This document shows positions 1-9,579 of a stretch of 64,000 bases of DNA, one piece after another. This DNA is from Candidatus Kapaibacterium sp. Lineage in GTDB: Bacteria > Bacteroidota > Ignavibacteria > Kapaibacteriales > Kapaibacteriaceae. Position 1 is the stretch's first letter, and the number at the start of each line of letters is the position of its first letter. The notes under the pieces are model-generated. The model worked only from the letters and a program-made list of their open reading frames with translations. It was not told the origin of the DNA and ran no database searches. The position numbers were made by a program, and so were the translations under genes. Location: positions 26,053 through 90,052 of the forward strand of contig JALHPC010000006.1 of assembly GCA_022842685.1 (NCBI GenBank), in the 5' to 3' direction.

Positions 1-4
1 TGCG

Positions 5-565
5 ATGCCCCTTGATTTGTGGTTGTTCTATGCCGTCAATCACGGATGGACGAACCCAGTGTTTGATGTCGTTATGCCCTTTGTAACGAGTACCGAAGTG
101 TGGCGCCCCATCTACGCCGCCGGCATCTTGGCCCTTGTGGTGGTTGGAGGGAGTAAGGGGCGCTGGTGTGCCGCGGCGATGCTAGTGGGCGTGCTGGTTG
201 CCGACCCCGCCAGCAACTATTTGCTGAAAGAGACGATCGGCAGATTACGACCGTACGAAGTACTTCCCGACGTGCTTAAACGCAGCGGCTCCGGCGGTGG
301 GTCGTTTCCGAGCAATCATGCCCTGAACAACGCCATGGCGGCCGTACTGCTTTCGTGGAACCTGCCACGCTGGTGGTGGCTGTGGTGGCTTCTAGCAGCT
401 ACGATTATGGTTTCGCGACTGTATGTGGGCGTGCATTGGCCGTCGGACGTTGTTGGTGGCGCAGCAATCGGCACGGCATGGGGCTGGGTGCTGTTGTATG
501 CATTGCGACGCCTGAACGCCGTTGTTCCAGAGCGTATGCGCTACGCGCCAACAAGCGCTTCGTAA
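5..565 (+). CDS. PAP2-family phosphatase (phosphatidic acid / undecaprenyl-PP phosphatase-like), possibly 5' truncated at the window edge
   Basis: PAP2 signature motifs are present: KETIGRLRP (KX6RP), PSNH (PSGH-like), SRLYVGVHWPSDV (SRX5HX3D). Hydrophobic TM segments. Confidence 0.75.
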   Translation: MPLDLWLFYAVNHGWTNPVFDVVMPFVTSTEVWRPIYAAGILALVVVGGSKGRWCAAAMLVGVLVADPASNYLLKETIGRLRPYEVLPDVLKRSGSGGGSFPSNHALNNAMAAVLLSWNLPRWWWLWWLLAATIMVSRLYVGVHWPSDVVGGAAIGTAWGWVLLYALRRLNAVVPERMRYAPTSAS

Positions 566-1869
566 GCCAGCACGCCACTGCGCGCCGCCCCTTCGAGCGT
601 AGCCGGCAACCCTGTTCCGGTCCAATCTCCGGCCAACACAACGTTCGCATACGGACGTGCTATGGCGGGCCGCATGGCCTCTATCTGCGGCGTTATGCAG
701 GGCGTTGCCCTGCGCTCCTTGATAACGATGCCGTGCATGAGCGAGGTACGCTGCATCGACGGTAGCACACGCCGCAGGTCGGCATCGCATTGGGCTATCA
801 CGTCGGCAGCCGTCTGCTTGGCTAATGCATCGGCGGCACTTACGGTACAGGCAAGATGTCCGGGATAGTCTCGCACGACCTGATCGGCTGACTTCCCTAT
901 CCTCCTTCGGTTAAACACCCACTGTGTTTGTGTGCCCAAGAGCGCCGCAAATGTCCACGGCACAACGTCGGCGTCGTACCAAAGGTACACGCTTACGATG
1001 GGCGAATAGGTGATGGCCGAGCAGACTGCGGGAACATGGGTGCTAGGCAGCAGGCGCTGCAAGGCATAAGGCGGAATGGCACATATCACACCATCGCACG
1101 CTATGGTTGTACCATCGCTTAGGCGTACGCCTATGGCGAGCCCGTTTTCGATCGCCAACGACTGTACCGACGTGCTTAACAGCACGGTGCCCCCGCTGTT
1201 ATGGACAACGTCAACTAGCGGCTCTACAAGGTCCGACAGGCCACACTCCGGCAACAGCATGGTACTGTCTTGTGGCGAGCTGCCCATAAAGGCCAAGCGC
1301 ATAACGGCGTCCAGCAAGCTGGCCGCCGCCTCGTGTACCGACGCGTTAAGCGTTGCCAGAACAACGGGCTCCCAAAACCGCTCTATGGCGCGCTGGCTTT
1401 GACGCTCTTGGGTTAAGAACTCATGGCAGGTTTTGCCGGCAACGGCAACGGCGCCACGCTGTATGCGCCATGCTAGGCGGGCAATGCCAAGGCGGTCGGC
1501 TATCGACAGTCCGCCAAGGCGCAGAATTCCCAGTGCTACGCCGGCTGCGCCGGGCAGCATCGAAGCATCCAGCACGGCGTGGCCGCCTGCTGCATCGGCA
1601 AAGTGAACCTGCAGGGCTTTTTGCCTGCGCAGCAGCGGCGCGGTACCGGCTACGTCCAGCATGGCTAACACTTCGTGGTAGCAGCCCATCAGCAGGTGCT
1701 GGCCGTTGTCGATGATTTCGCCCGTCGTTGCCTCGGCAAACGACCGTGCCCGGCCACCCACGTACGGATGTTCGTCGACCAGCACAACACGCCTACCGCT
1801 GCGCGCTGCGCGCGCGGCAGCGGCAAGGCCGGCCCAGCCGGCACCTATGATCACAAGTGGCAACGTCAT
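541..1869 (-). CDS. FAD-dependent oxidoreductase of the amine-oxidase/phytoene-desaturase superfamily, HpnE-like (hydroxysqualene dehydroxylase family)
   Basis: N-terminal Rossmann motif VIIGAGWAGLAAAARAARSG...VDEHPYVGGRARSF. DNGQHLLMGCY motif typical of HpnE-type desaturases. C-terminal AGDWTGTGLPATLEGAARSG. Confidence 0.5.
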   Translation of the reverse strand: MTLPLVIIGAGWAGLAAAARAARSGRRVVLVDEHPYVGGRARSFAEATTGEIIDNGQHLLMGCYHEVLAMLDVAGTAPLLRRQKALQVHFADAAGGHAVLDASMLPGAAGVALGILRLGGLSIADRLGIARLAWRIQRGAVAVAGKTCHEFLTQERQSQRAIERFWEPVVLATLNASVHEAAASLLDAVMRLAFMGSSPQDSTMLLPECGLSDLVEPLVDVVHNSGGTVLLSTSVQSLAIENGLAIGVRLSDGTTIACDGVICAIPPYALQRLLPSTHVPAVCSAITYSPIVSVYLWYDADVVPWTFAALLGTQTQWVFNRRRIGKSADQVVRDYPGHLACTVSAADALAKQTAADVIAQCDADLRRVLPSMQRTSLMHGIVIKERRATPCITPQIEAMRPAIARPYANVVLAGDWTGTGLPATLEGAARSGVLAYEALVGA

Positions 1870-1893
1870 AACAACGCCACAAAGCTACGCTGC

Positions 1894-3765
1894 TCAATCA
1901 CGTCGGCTAACGCCTTTCCGCATGGGCTCGGAATCCCAAGCGTGGTCGCCTTGCGTATGGTCGGCTTGAATATCCATGGTTAACAGCCGCTCCTGCTCGG
2001 CCACGTGACGCCGCACGGCTCCCACGTAGTCGTCGTCGGAACGATAGAGCGTGGCAAGCTCGGCCATGGAGGCCTCGTCGTAACGCAAAAACTGACTGCC
2101 AGCACGGGTAGCCGCATACGCCCTGCGCCCCGTTGCCCGCAAGGCGTCGACGCCCATGCGCACAGCCGTTTCTACGCCGTCGCGATACGGAAAGGCCACA
2201 CCGTGTTCCATCAGCTCGTACGCATGAAATCGGTCGCGCGCCCGCACAAGCAACTGTAAATGCGGAAAATGTTTTCCCGCAAGCTCTACAATGGCATTTG
2301 TTGTTTCTTGGCTGCCAACAGCGCAGATAAGCATGGACGCTTGTTCGGCGCCAGCGGCAGCAAGGAGATCGGCACGTGTGGCGTCGCCGTAATACACCCT
2401 AAAACCCATGCGCCGCAATAGATCTACACGATCAGAATCGTTGTCGAGAATGGTGGCCTCGATACCGTTGGCACGCAAGAGGCGCCCGATCGTGCTGCCG
2501 AAGTGACTGAAGCCGACGATGATGACGTTGTGATGCTCGGAGATATCGTCGGCCTGACGCGTAGGCGCTTGCCGCGTTCCTATGCGCGGCAGCACCAGCA
2601 AGCGCAGAGCCAGCACTAGCAAGGGCGTTAGCGCCATGCTGATGGCCGTGGCGGCCATGAGCGACGACGACACGTGAGGTGGCACGACGCCCGACTGTAC
2701 GGAAAACGACAAGAGCACAAATGCGAACTCGCCCACCTGGGCCATACCGATGGCAAACAGCAGTGTCTGGTCGAGCGACAGTTTAACGAAGCGCCCCACG
2801 GCCACAAGCACAGCGGCCTTGATGGCTACAAGCCCCAACACAATGGCTGCCGTTGCTAGCGGCTGCGCCGCTATAGAGGCCACGTCGATACTGGCACCAA
2901 CGGCGATAAAAAACAGACCTAGGAAGAGTCCCTTTACCGGCTCCAGATCGCTTTCCAACTCGTGCCGGAACTCACTGTCGGAAAGCACCACGCCCGCAAG
3001 GAACGTGCCCAATGCCGGGCTTAAGCCCACCATCATCATAAGCCAGGCGATACCGCCCACGATAAGCAGCGAAGCCGCGATGAACAGCTCGCGCTGGCGT
3101 GCCGACGCTACGGCGCGCATCATGGGGACCACTGCGAAGCGGCCTGCCACGACGACGACGGCCACGGCTGCCAGCACAAGGACGGCGCGCAGCAGCGCGG
3201 GCACGTCGGCAAGCACCGAGGTGTGATCCGACGCCCCCTGACCAACACCTGTGGCAAGAAATGGCAGCAAGGCAAGAATGGGGATGACGGCCACATCTTG
3301 AAAGAGCAACACGGCGAACGACGTGCGGCCCGCCGACGTGTGCATAAGGCCCTGCTCCTTGAGGGATTGCAAGACGATAGCCGTGGACGACATCGACAGC
3401 GCTAGGGCAACGGCTAGCGACACCTGCCACGGCAGGCCAAGCAGCATGGCACCGGCGCCAATAGCAACGGTAGTAAGTGCCAACTGCAACGAGCCCGCCA
3501 CGCCCACCGAGGTACGCATCTGCCACAGGCGGCGCGGCTCGAGCTCTAAGCCAATAAGGAAGAGCATTATCACCACGCCGAATTCGGCAAAGTGCATGAT
3601 ATCGGTCCCTTGCTCGCCAATAATGCCCAGCAGGGCCGGGCCTATGGCAATGCCGGCAACGAGGTAGCCCAGAACCGACCCAAGCCCAAGGCGCTTGGCT
3701 ATTGGCACGCACACAAGGGCGGCTAACAGGTAGGCAATGGCATCGACGAGGAAGCTAGTGCTCAT
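1894..3765 (-). CDS. kefB: Glutathione-regulated K+ efflux antiporter (CPA2 family, KefB/KefC-like) with C-terminal RCK/TrkA-N domain
   Basis: Multi-TM Na/H-exchanger-like N-terminus. C-terminal NAD-binding RCK motif IIVGFSHFGSTIGRLL...ILDND. Overlaps upstream kefG by 11 nt. Confidence 0.8.
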   Translation of the reverse strand: MSTSFLVDAIAYLLAALVCVPIAKRLGLGSVLGYLVAGIAIGPALLGIIGEQGTDIMHFAEFGVVIMLFLIGLELEPRRLWQMRTSVGVAGSLQLALTTVAIGAGAMLLGLPWQVSLAVALALSMSSTAIVLQSLKEQGLMHTSAGRTSFAVLLFQDVAVIPILALLPFLATGVGQGASDHTSVLADVPALLRAVLVLAAVAVVVVAGRFAVVPMMRAVASARQRELFIAASLLIVGGIAWLMMMVGLSPALGTFLAGVVLSDSEFRHELESDLEPVKGLFLGLFFIAVGASIDVASIAAQPLATAAIVLGLVAIKAAVLVAVGRFVKLSLDQTLLFAIGMAQVGEFAFVLLSFSVQSGVVPPHVSSSLMAATAISMALTPLLVLALRLLVLPRIGTRQAPTRQADDISEHHNVIIVGFSHFGSTIGRLLRANGIEATILDNDSDRVDLLRRMGFRVYYGDATRADLLAAAGAEQASMLICAVGSQETTNAIVELAGKHFPHLQLLVRARDRFHAYELMEHGVAFPYRDGVETAVRMGVDALRATGRRAYAATRAGSQFLRYDEASMAELATLYRSDDDYVGAVRRHVAEQERLLTMDIQADHTQGDHAWDSEPMRKGVSRRD

Positions 3766-4309
3766 GTAGGCAGTCCTCCAAAAAGCGGCGATAGCGCAGG
3801 GCTTCTGCCTCGATATCGGTGGTGGTCAAACGATGTGTACCGTGCACAGCAAACGGCTCGTGATACGACATGCCACACAGGCGCGCCGTTTGCTCGTACG
3901 GCCGCAGAAACTCCTGGATGGTGTAACGGTTGCGGCCATCATGACTGTAGGCCTCGGCGCCGCCGCCGGTAGTTACGGCGTGGTGGACGCTCTTGCCGGC
4001 CACAGCCGTGCCGCCCGGACCATAGGCCCAGCCAAAGGTAAGCACCAGGTCTATCCACTGCTTGAACAACGGCGGTGCCGAATACCAGTAAAACGGATGA
4101 TGCCACACCATGACGTCGTGTTTCGACAGCTCGCGCTGCTCGTGCTCTACGTCGATGTCGAACGCTGGATAGCGTTCATACAAATCGACAATGGTAACAT
4201 TGTCGACACTTCTAGCGGCGTCGAGCAATCGCCTATTCACACGCGATGCTTCCAGCCGCGGATGCGCAAATACCAGCAACAGTTGCCTCATGGCAGCAAA
4301 AGTATGCAC
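3755..4309 (-). CDS. kefG: K+ efflux ancillary protein KefG/KefF (flavodoxin-like NAD(P)H quinone oxidoreductase fold)
   Basis: Strong resemblance to KefG: [19 protein letters not shown]...[21 protein letters not shown]...[27 protein letters not shown]. Immediately upstream of and overlapping kefB. Confidence 0.7.
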   Translation of the reverse strand: MHTFAAMRQLLLVFAHPRLEASRVNRRLLDAARSVDNVTIVDLYERYPAFDIDVEHEQRELSKHDVMVWHHPFYWYSAPPLFKQWIDLVLTFGWAYGPGGTAVAGKSVHHAVTTGGGAEAYSHDGRNRYTIQEFLRPYEQTARLCGMSYHEPFAVHGTHRLTTTDIEAEALRYRRFLEDCLHEH

Positions 4310-4323
4310 AGAAGGACCTTACC

Positions 4324-4668
4324 ATGACCGACGGCACGGAAATCACCATGGACGACTTTTTACGCGTCGAGCTTCGTGTGGGCACGGTTGTACGTGCCGA
4401 GGCCTTTCCCGAAGCCCGCAAGCCCGCCTACAAGCTTTGGATAGACTTTGGCGACGGCGTGCTGCGACGGTCGAGCGCGCAGATTACGGCACATTATACG
4501 CCCGAGGCCCTGCTGGGTCGCCAGGTGATGTGCGTAACGAACTTCCCTCCGCGGCAGATTGGACCGTTTGTAAGCGAAGTACTTACGTGCGGCTTTCACC
4601 GCGAAGATGGGACGGTGATTCTTGCCGTTCCCGAGGCCGACGTGCCCAACGGCGCTCGCCTGCTGTAG
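4324..4668 (+). CDS. csaA: tRNA-binding protein, CsaA/YgjH (EMAP-like domain)
   Basis: [16 protein letters not shown]...KLWIDFGDG...[11 protein letters not shown] is typical of the Myf/tRNA-binding domain. The start was chosen at an internal ATG (the ORF-track N-terminus overlaps kefG). About 114 aa as expected. Confidence 0.65.
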   Translation: MTDGTEITMDDFLRVELRVGTVVRAEAFPEARKPAYKLWIDFGDGVLRRSSAQITAHYTPEALLGRQVMCVTNFPPRQIGPFVSEVLTCGFHREDGTVILAVPEADVPNGARLL

Positions 4669-4746
4669 CGCCGAATACCCCCGCCAGCGGAACCATTGAC
4701 CGTATCTTTGCGGTTTCTCCAACCCTGTACCATCCGGGAGTTATCC

Positions 4747-5409
4747 ATGCAATTGTACGTCGACAGCGCCAACCTTGCCGATATCCGCGCCGCAGCAGCC
4801 CTGGGCTGCATTAGCGGAGTAACTACGAACCCCAGTCTTCTTGCTAAGGAAGACCCCACGCTGGACATCAAGGAGCTCATCCTTGACATCCACCGCACCA
4901 TTGGTGGACACGTCTCGGTTGAGGTCGTTAGCACCGATACCGACGGCATGTTACGCGAAGCCGACGCCATCCTAGAGTGGTTTCCCGATGCCACCATCAA
5001 GATTCCGTTTATCCCCGCCGGTTTGTCGGCCGTGCGCAACCTTGCCAACCGCGACATCCCCACCAACGTTACGCTGCTGTTTACCGCCAACCAGGCCGTG
5101 ATTGCTGCCAACGCCGGCGCTACCTACGTTTCGGTGTTCCTTGGACGGTTGGACGACATCTCAACAGATGGTGTTCAGGCCGTGCGCGACACCTGCGAGA
5201 TCTGGGACGTTCACGGCTACGAGTCGCAGATTATCGCCGCTTCGATTCGCAACCCCTTGCACCTGCTGGAATGTGCCAAGGCCGGCGCCCACATTGCTAC
5301 CGTGCCCTACAAGGTATTGCTGCAGTCCATGAAACATCCGCTTACAGATTCTGGCTTGAAGTCGTTCTTGGACGACCACGCCAAGATGATGACTGCCAAG
5401 GGAGCGTAA
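4747..5409 (+). CDS. tal: Transaldolase / fructose-6-phosphate aldolase (short TalC/MipB subfamily)
   Basis: MQLYVDSANLADIRAA...GVTTNPSLLAKE and about 220 aa length. GGGAG RBS-like sequence upstream. The ORF-track N-terminal extension was rejected. Confidence 0.85.
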   Translation: MQLYVDSANLADIRAAAALGCISGVTTNPSLLAKEDPTLDIKELILDIHRTIGGHVSVEVVSTDTDGMLREADAILEWFPDATIKIPFIPAGLSAVRNLANRDIPTNVTLLFTANQAVIAANAGATYVSVFLGRLDDISTDGVQAVRDTCEIWDVHGYESQIIAASIRNPLHLLECAKAGAHIATVPYKVLLQSMKHPLTDSGLKSFLDDHAKMMTAKGA

Positions 5410-5417
5410 CAGTGACG

Positions 5418-5945
5418 ATGCGACGTTTGCTTACGCGCTTGCTGTGGGTTGTACTTCTCGTTGCAGCCATGCCCGTGGCTGCCACTTCGCCTACGCCAGC
5501 CAAGTCGATAGGCAAGCGCGCCCATGCCTTTGTGCTCGAAGACCAGTTCGAACAGCGGTGGTCGTGGAATTCTCACTGGAAAGGCAAACCCGTAGTACTC
5601 GTTCTAAGCGACTGGAAGGGTAGCGACTACATCCCGGCATGGACCGAGCCGCTGACGCAGCGATTTGCCGACAAGGTGAAGTTCGTGGCCTGCGCCGACG
5701 TATCGCTGGCCCCGAGCTTTCTCAAGGGATACCTGCGTGGTCGGTTCCGCGAGGCCTACAGCAACTCGATTCTTCTTGACTGGGAAGGCACTACGTTCAA
5801 GCACTACCACACCCAAGCCGGCCTTCCTAACGTTGTATTCGTTGGTTCCGACGAAACCGTACGCCTTCATACATGGGGCACCGGCAAACAAGAGCATGTC
5901 GAGGCCTTTGCCCAGCAAGTTGAACGCTTGCTGAGTGAACGCTAA
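5418..5945 (+). CDS. Secreted thioredoxin-fold (TlpA-like) protein lacking the CxxC active site
   Basis: Signal peptide MRRLLTRLLWVVLLVAAMPVAA. GKPVVLVLSDWKGSDY aligns with TlpA GKPVLVNFWASWCGPC but the cysteines are replaced. LPNVVFVGSDETV aligns with the TlpA beta-strand. Confidence 0.4.
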   Translation: MRRLLTRLLWVVLLVAAMPVAATSPTPAKSIGKRAHAFVLEDQFEQRWSWNSHWKGKPVVLVLSDWKGSDYIPAWTEPLTQRFADKVKFVACADVSLAPSFLKGYLRGRFREAYSNSILLDWEGTTFKHYHTQAGLPNVVFVGSDETVRLHTWGTGKQEHVEAFAQQVERLLSER

Positions 5946-5954
5946 CTTCGCGTC

Positions 5955-6635
5955 ATGCCTGCCGACGTCGACTTCAAAGCTGCGAAACGTGCCGACCTTG
6001 TAACCCATGCTGCCGAGGTGTTTGCACGTCGTGGCTACCATGCGTCGACGATGCAAGACATTGCCACGCAGGCCAACGTGGGCAAGGGCACAATGTATGA
6101 GTACTTCCGCACCAAGGAAGAGCTCTTTCTTGCGGTCTATGACTCGTGGATGTCGGACTTCGAGCGAGCCGTGCAGGAGCGCGTCGACGCCGCAAGCGAC
6201 GCCATGGCCAAGGTCGATGCCATCCGAGATTCGGCCGTGGAGTTCTACGAACGCCGTGCCCACCAAGCCCCGCTGTTGTTGGAACTGTGGGCCCATGCCT
6301 TGCGCACCGACAATCCTGCTTTTATCGAGCGCATTCGCCAAACGCGCACGTTTTTGGCTCAGCTTGGCGCCAACCTAACGCAGCAGCTCATCGACGCCGG
6401 TTGGTTTGTGGATATCGACGTGGACGCGTTTGCCCTTTTGGAAAGTGGCATCAGCGACGGCATCTTCTTGGCTTGGGTGCTCGGCGGTATGAGCTTCCCG
6501 CTAAACCGTGCCTATACGTTCCGGCAAAGCGTTATTGGCCTGGGGCTACTATCCCCTACCGGTCGGGCCGTCTTGGAGCAGCGCCTTGGCTCCAAACTCC
6601 AAAAGGGTGTTTCGCCTTACACCAGCAGTAAATAG
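5955..6635 (+). CDS. TetR/AcrR family transcriptional regulator
   Basis: N-terminal HTH TMQDIATQANVGKGTMYEYFRTKEELF and about 220 aa. Confidence 0.85.
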   Translation: MPADVDFKAAKRADLVTHAAEVFARRGYHASTMQDIATQANVGKGTMYEYFRTKEELFLAVYDSWMSDFERAVQERVDAASDAMAKVDAIRDSAVEFYERRAHQAPLLLELWAHALRTDNPAFIERIRQTRTFLAQLGANLTQQLIDAGWFVDIDVDAFALLESGISDGIFLAWVLGGMSFPLNRAYTFRQSVIGLGLLSPTGRAVLEQRLGSKLQKGVSPYTSSK

Positions 6636-7933
6636 CACATTAGTGCTACCAGTGCCCCTTTCACAACAACAATGGCTGTAGGGGTCAGCGGCAATCGCTG
6701 CAGGCGGCGATAGGCAACAACCAGTGCAATGGTGGTGGCTATAATGCCTACGGCGATTGCAGCACCTTCGGCCAGGCCAAACTGCTGCGCATACGTGCGC
6801 CCGATGCCATTTATCCAAGGCGTACCAAAGAGGAGAACAAGGTGCACGACGTAGATGTGAAGCGACAACGTGCTAAGCGAGGTGGCAACGTCGCGCCAGC
6901 GTGGCAAGAACCGCATGATGAGCGCTGTGGCGCTAAACACAACAAGCACAATACCTATGCGCCGCAGTGCTAGTACGGCACTGGTGCTCGATTCAAGGTC
7001 CGACCATGCCACGCCGTTCACGTACAGGACGTACTGCATGAGCATTGATATGGCTACAATTACAACGCCGACGGGCCAGGCATAGCGCTCTATATGGCGG
7101 TCGCGCACATCCGAGGGGATGCGTGCCAAGTAGGCTCCAACGCCAACCCCAACAAACAGGTAGGCGCTAAAGGGCAGGATAGGAAAAAGCGAGCCAGTAT
7201 TGGGCGTAAGGTAGGCGGCCACCCACAGCGGCAGATGGTGTTCCCATGGTATAGCCGTGGCTAGTGGCGCTGCAGCAAGAAGGGCTCCGGCCGTAATTAC
7301 CGAGCGTCGACCAAGCTGCGCTACCGAACGCGTTCCCGCCGCCACCAATACAAACATGATGAGTGTTGCACCGGTAAGCTGCAAGATATTGACAGAGGTA
7401 AAGATAGGCCAAGCATGGTCGGGCACAAACGGTATGTCCCACAACCGATTAGCCGGGAACACCAACAGATAGCCAATACCCATGATGGTAAAGGCCCAGC
7501 GGAGTCGCTTCGAAAGTACATCATCGCGCACCGCACCGTCGCTATGCCGCTTTGTGGCAAAGGCATGCACGGCTCCCGAAACCATAAGAAACACCGGCGC
7601 GGTAAGGCCGCGTATTGCATGCCATGCACTCCAGGGGAACTGCGTGATGTCGAGCGCTTCGGGCCGCACCAACGCGTCCAACACATGGCCTTGCATCATC
7701 ATCACCATGGCAACAAACCGGGCCACGTCGAGACTAAACAGCCGCCCCTTCTGGTTGGCCACCTGCGGCTGTGCCGCAGGAGTGCGCACGGGTGCCAGTG
7801 GGCGCATGACGGCACCGCGAAAGAAATCGGCAGTGCGCCCTGCGGCCGAAGCCGACCGATGAGCAATGGCGTGAATGAGAGAGGTACGGTGCATGAAGAA
7901 AACAAACCTCGTGGTTTCTTGGACTGTGTACAA
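6617..7933 (-). CDS. Membrane acyltransferase family protein (acyltransferase-3/OpgC-like). The true start may be an internal Met (MRPLAP...)
   Basis: About 10 TM helices. N-terminal RLFSLDVARFVAMVMMMQGH motif typical of acyltransferase_3/DUF1624 proteins. Divergent from crtI. Confidence 0.5.
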   Translation of the reverse strand: MYTVQETTRFVFFMHRTSLIHAIAHRSASAAGRTADFFRGAVMRPLAPVRTPAAQPQVANQKGRLFSLDVARFVAMVMMMQGHVLDALVRPEALDITQFPWSAWHAIRGLTAPVFLMVSGAVHAFATKRHSDGAVRDDVLSKRLRWAFTIMGIGYLLVFPANRLWDIPFVPDHAWPIFTSVNILQLTGATLIMFVLVAAGTRSVAQLGRRSVITAGALLAAAPLATAIPWEHHLPLWVAAYLTPNTGSLFPILPFSAYLFVGVGVGAYLARIPSDVRDRHIERYAWPVGVVIVAISMLMQYVLYVNGVAWSDLESSTSAVLALRRIGIVLVVFSATALIMRFLPRWRDVATSLSTLSLHIYVVHLVLLFGTPWINGIGRTYAQQFGLAEGAAIAVGIIATTIALVVAYRRLQRLPLTPTAIVVVKGALVALMCYLLLV

Positions 7934-8050
7934 CTAAATTCTTTTTCATGGTGCGTTCATTCACGACGTAGCGTCATTCCATGCCCCATGAAACCAACGC
8001 CCCTTTCCCGATGTTTGCAGGCAGTTCATTACAAGAAACTAGGAGTGAGT

Positions 8051-9550
8051 GTGAAGGTTCTCGTCATCGGCAGTGGCTTTGGTGGCTTGAGTGCAGCAAT
8101 ACGACTGCGTGCAAAGGGCTACGAGGTTACGATTGTAGAGAAGCGCGACAAGCCCGGCGGACGTGCCTACGTGTATGAGCAGGATGGCTTTGTATTCGAC
8201 GGCGGGCCAACGATCATTACTGCGCCATGGCTTATCGACGAGCTCTTCGAGCTGGGCGGAAAGCGAACCGACGATTACGTGAAGCTGGTGCGCCTAGATC
8301 CGTACTACAACGTTCGCTTCGAAGACGGCACGGTGTTTCGCTACAACGGCAATGCGCAAGACGTGATGAACGAGATTCGGCGGTTTAACCCGGCCGATGA
8401 ACGTGGGTATACAACGTTCTTTGGCAAAACGGCGAACATCTTCAAGGCCGGCTTCGACTTGATCGACCAGCCATTCACCAAGCTTACCGACATGGTAGGT
8501 GTGCTGCCTGACCTTATTCGTCTACGTTCGGATAGGTCGGTAGCGGGATTCGTGAACCGCCACATCCGCGATGAACGCCTGCGCCAAGTGTTCTCGTTTC
8601 ACCCTCTGCTGGTGGGCGGCAATCCGTTTCGTACAACGAGCATCTACGCCCTTATCCACAAACTCGAGCAGGAATGGGGCGTCTGGTTTGCCATGGGCGG
8701 TACGGGCGCGCTCGTAAACGCCTTGGTGAAGCTGTTTACCGATATGGGCGGCACTATTCGCTACAATGCCGAGGTGCAACGCATTGACGTTGTGAACGAC
8801 GGCGCAGTACCAAGAACAACCGGGGCTAGGCTGGCCGACGGCTCTACCGTTCCGGCCGACATTGTGGTGTGTAACGGCGACGTTGCCCAGGCCTATATGA
8901 CGCTTGTGCCACCGCAGTTCCGCAAGCGCAACACCAACGCGCGCTACGAGAAGATGTCGTACTCGATGTCGCTCTTCGTGATTTACTTTGGCACCAACAA
9001 GCAATACCCCGACATGGCTCATCATGAGATCTTGATGGGCCCACGCTACCGCGACCTTGTTGAAGACATTTTTACGCGGAAGCATCTTGCAGAGGACTTT
9101 TCGCTGTACCTGCATCGGCCAACAGCCACCGACCCCTCGTTGGCGCCGCCGGGCTGCGACTCGTGGTACGTGCTGTCGCCGGTGCCACACCTTGGTGGCA
9201 CCACCGATTGGAAGACCGAGGCCCCACGCTACCGCGACCGCATTATGCAGTACCTTGAAGAACGCTACATGCCCAACCTTCGGCAGCACATCGTAAGCGA
9301 AACGTATATCGATCCGCTGCACTTTCAGGGAACGCTCAACAGCTACCTTGGCAGTGCGTTTAGCGTGGAACCAACGCTTACGCAAAGCGCATGGTTTAGG
9401 CCGCACAACGTGAGCGAGGACATTCGCGGACTCTACTTTGTAGGTGCCGGCACGCACCCCGGTGCGGGCTTACCCGGCGTAATGAGCTCGGGCAAAATTG
9501 CCGCACGATGCATTGCGCAAGACTATGCTATATCCGACCCCGTGGCATAG
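8051..9550 (+). CDS. crtI: Phytoene desaturase (CrtI family)
   Basis: VKVLVIGSGFGGLSAAIRLRAKGYEVTIVEKRDKPGGRAYVY Rossmann motif. C-terminal FVGAGTHPGAGLPGVMSSGKIAARCI is typical of CrtI. GTG start just after AGGAG. The upstream ORF-track extension was rejected. Confidence 0.85.
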   Translation: MKVLVIGSGFGGLSAAIRLRAKGYEVTIVEKRDKPGGRAYVYEQDGFVFDGGPTIITAPWLIDELFELGGKRTDDYVKLVRLDPYYNVRFEDGTVFRYNGNAQDVMNEIRRFNPADERGYTTFFGKTANIFKAGFDLIDQPFTKLTDMVGVLPDLIRLRSDRSVAGFVNRHIRDERLRQVFSFHPLLVGGNPFRTTSIYALIHKLEQEWGVWFAMGGTGALVNALVKLFTDMGGTIRYNAEVQRIDVVNDGAVPRTTGARLADGSTVPADIVVCNGDVAQAYMTLVPPQFRKRNTNARYEKMSYSMSLFVIYFGTNKQYPDMAHHEILMGPRYRDLVEDIFTRKHLAEDFSLYLHRPTATDPSLAPPGCDSWYVLSPVPHLGGTTDWKTEAPRYRDRIMQYLEERYMPNLRQHIVSETYIDPLHFQGTLNSYLGSAFSVEPTLTQSAWFRPHNVSEDIRGLYFVGAGTHPGAGLPGVMSSGKIAARCIAQDYAISDPVA

Positions 9551-9579
9551 CCAACAAGCTCGCTTGCTAGACCGACCCA

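Noticed and set aside
4977-5945. 322-aa ORF spanning the transaldolase 3' half and the next gene
   Set aside because: The N-terminal 150 aa are an out-of-frame read through tal. Only the 3' portion from ATG 5418 (signal peptide) is credible.
7415-8050. Long N-terminal extension of crtI (the ORF track starts at 7415)
   Set aside because: It would overlap the divergent acyltransferase gene by more than 500 nt. The Rossmann fold begins at VKVLVIGSG with an AGGAG just upstream.
8522-9457. 311-aa ORF antisense to crtI
   Set aside because: It lies entirely inside a well-supported CrtI gene on the opposite strand. It has no motifs and is typical of high-GC antisense ORFs.
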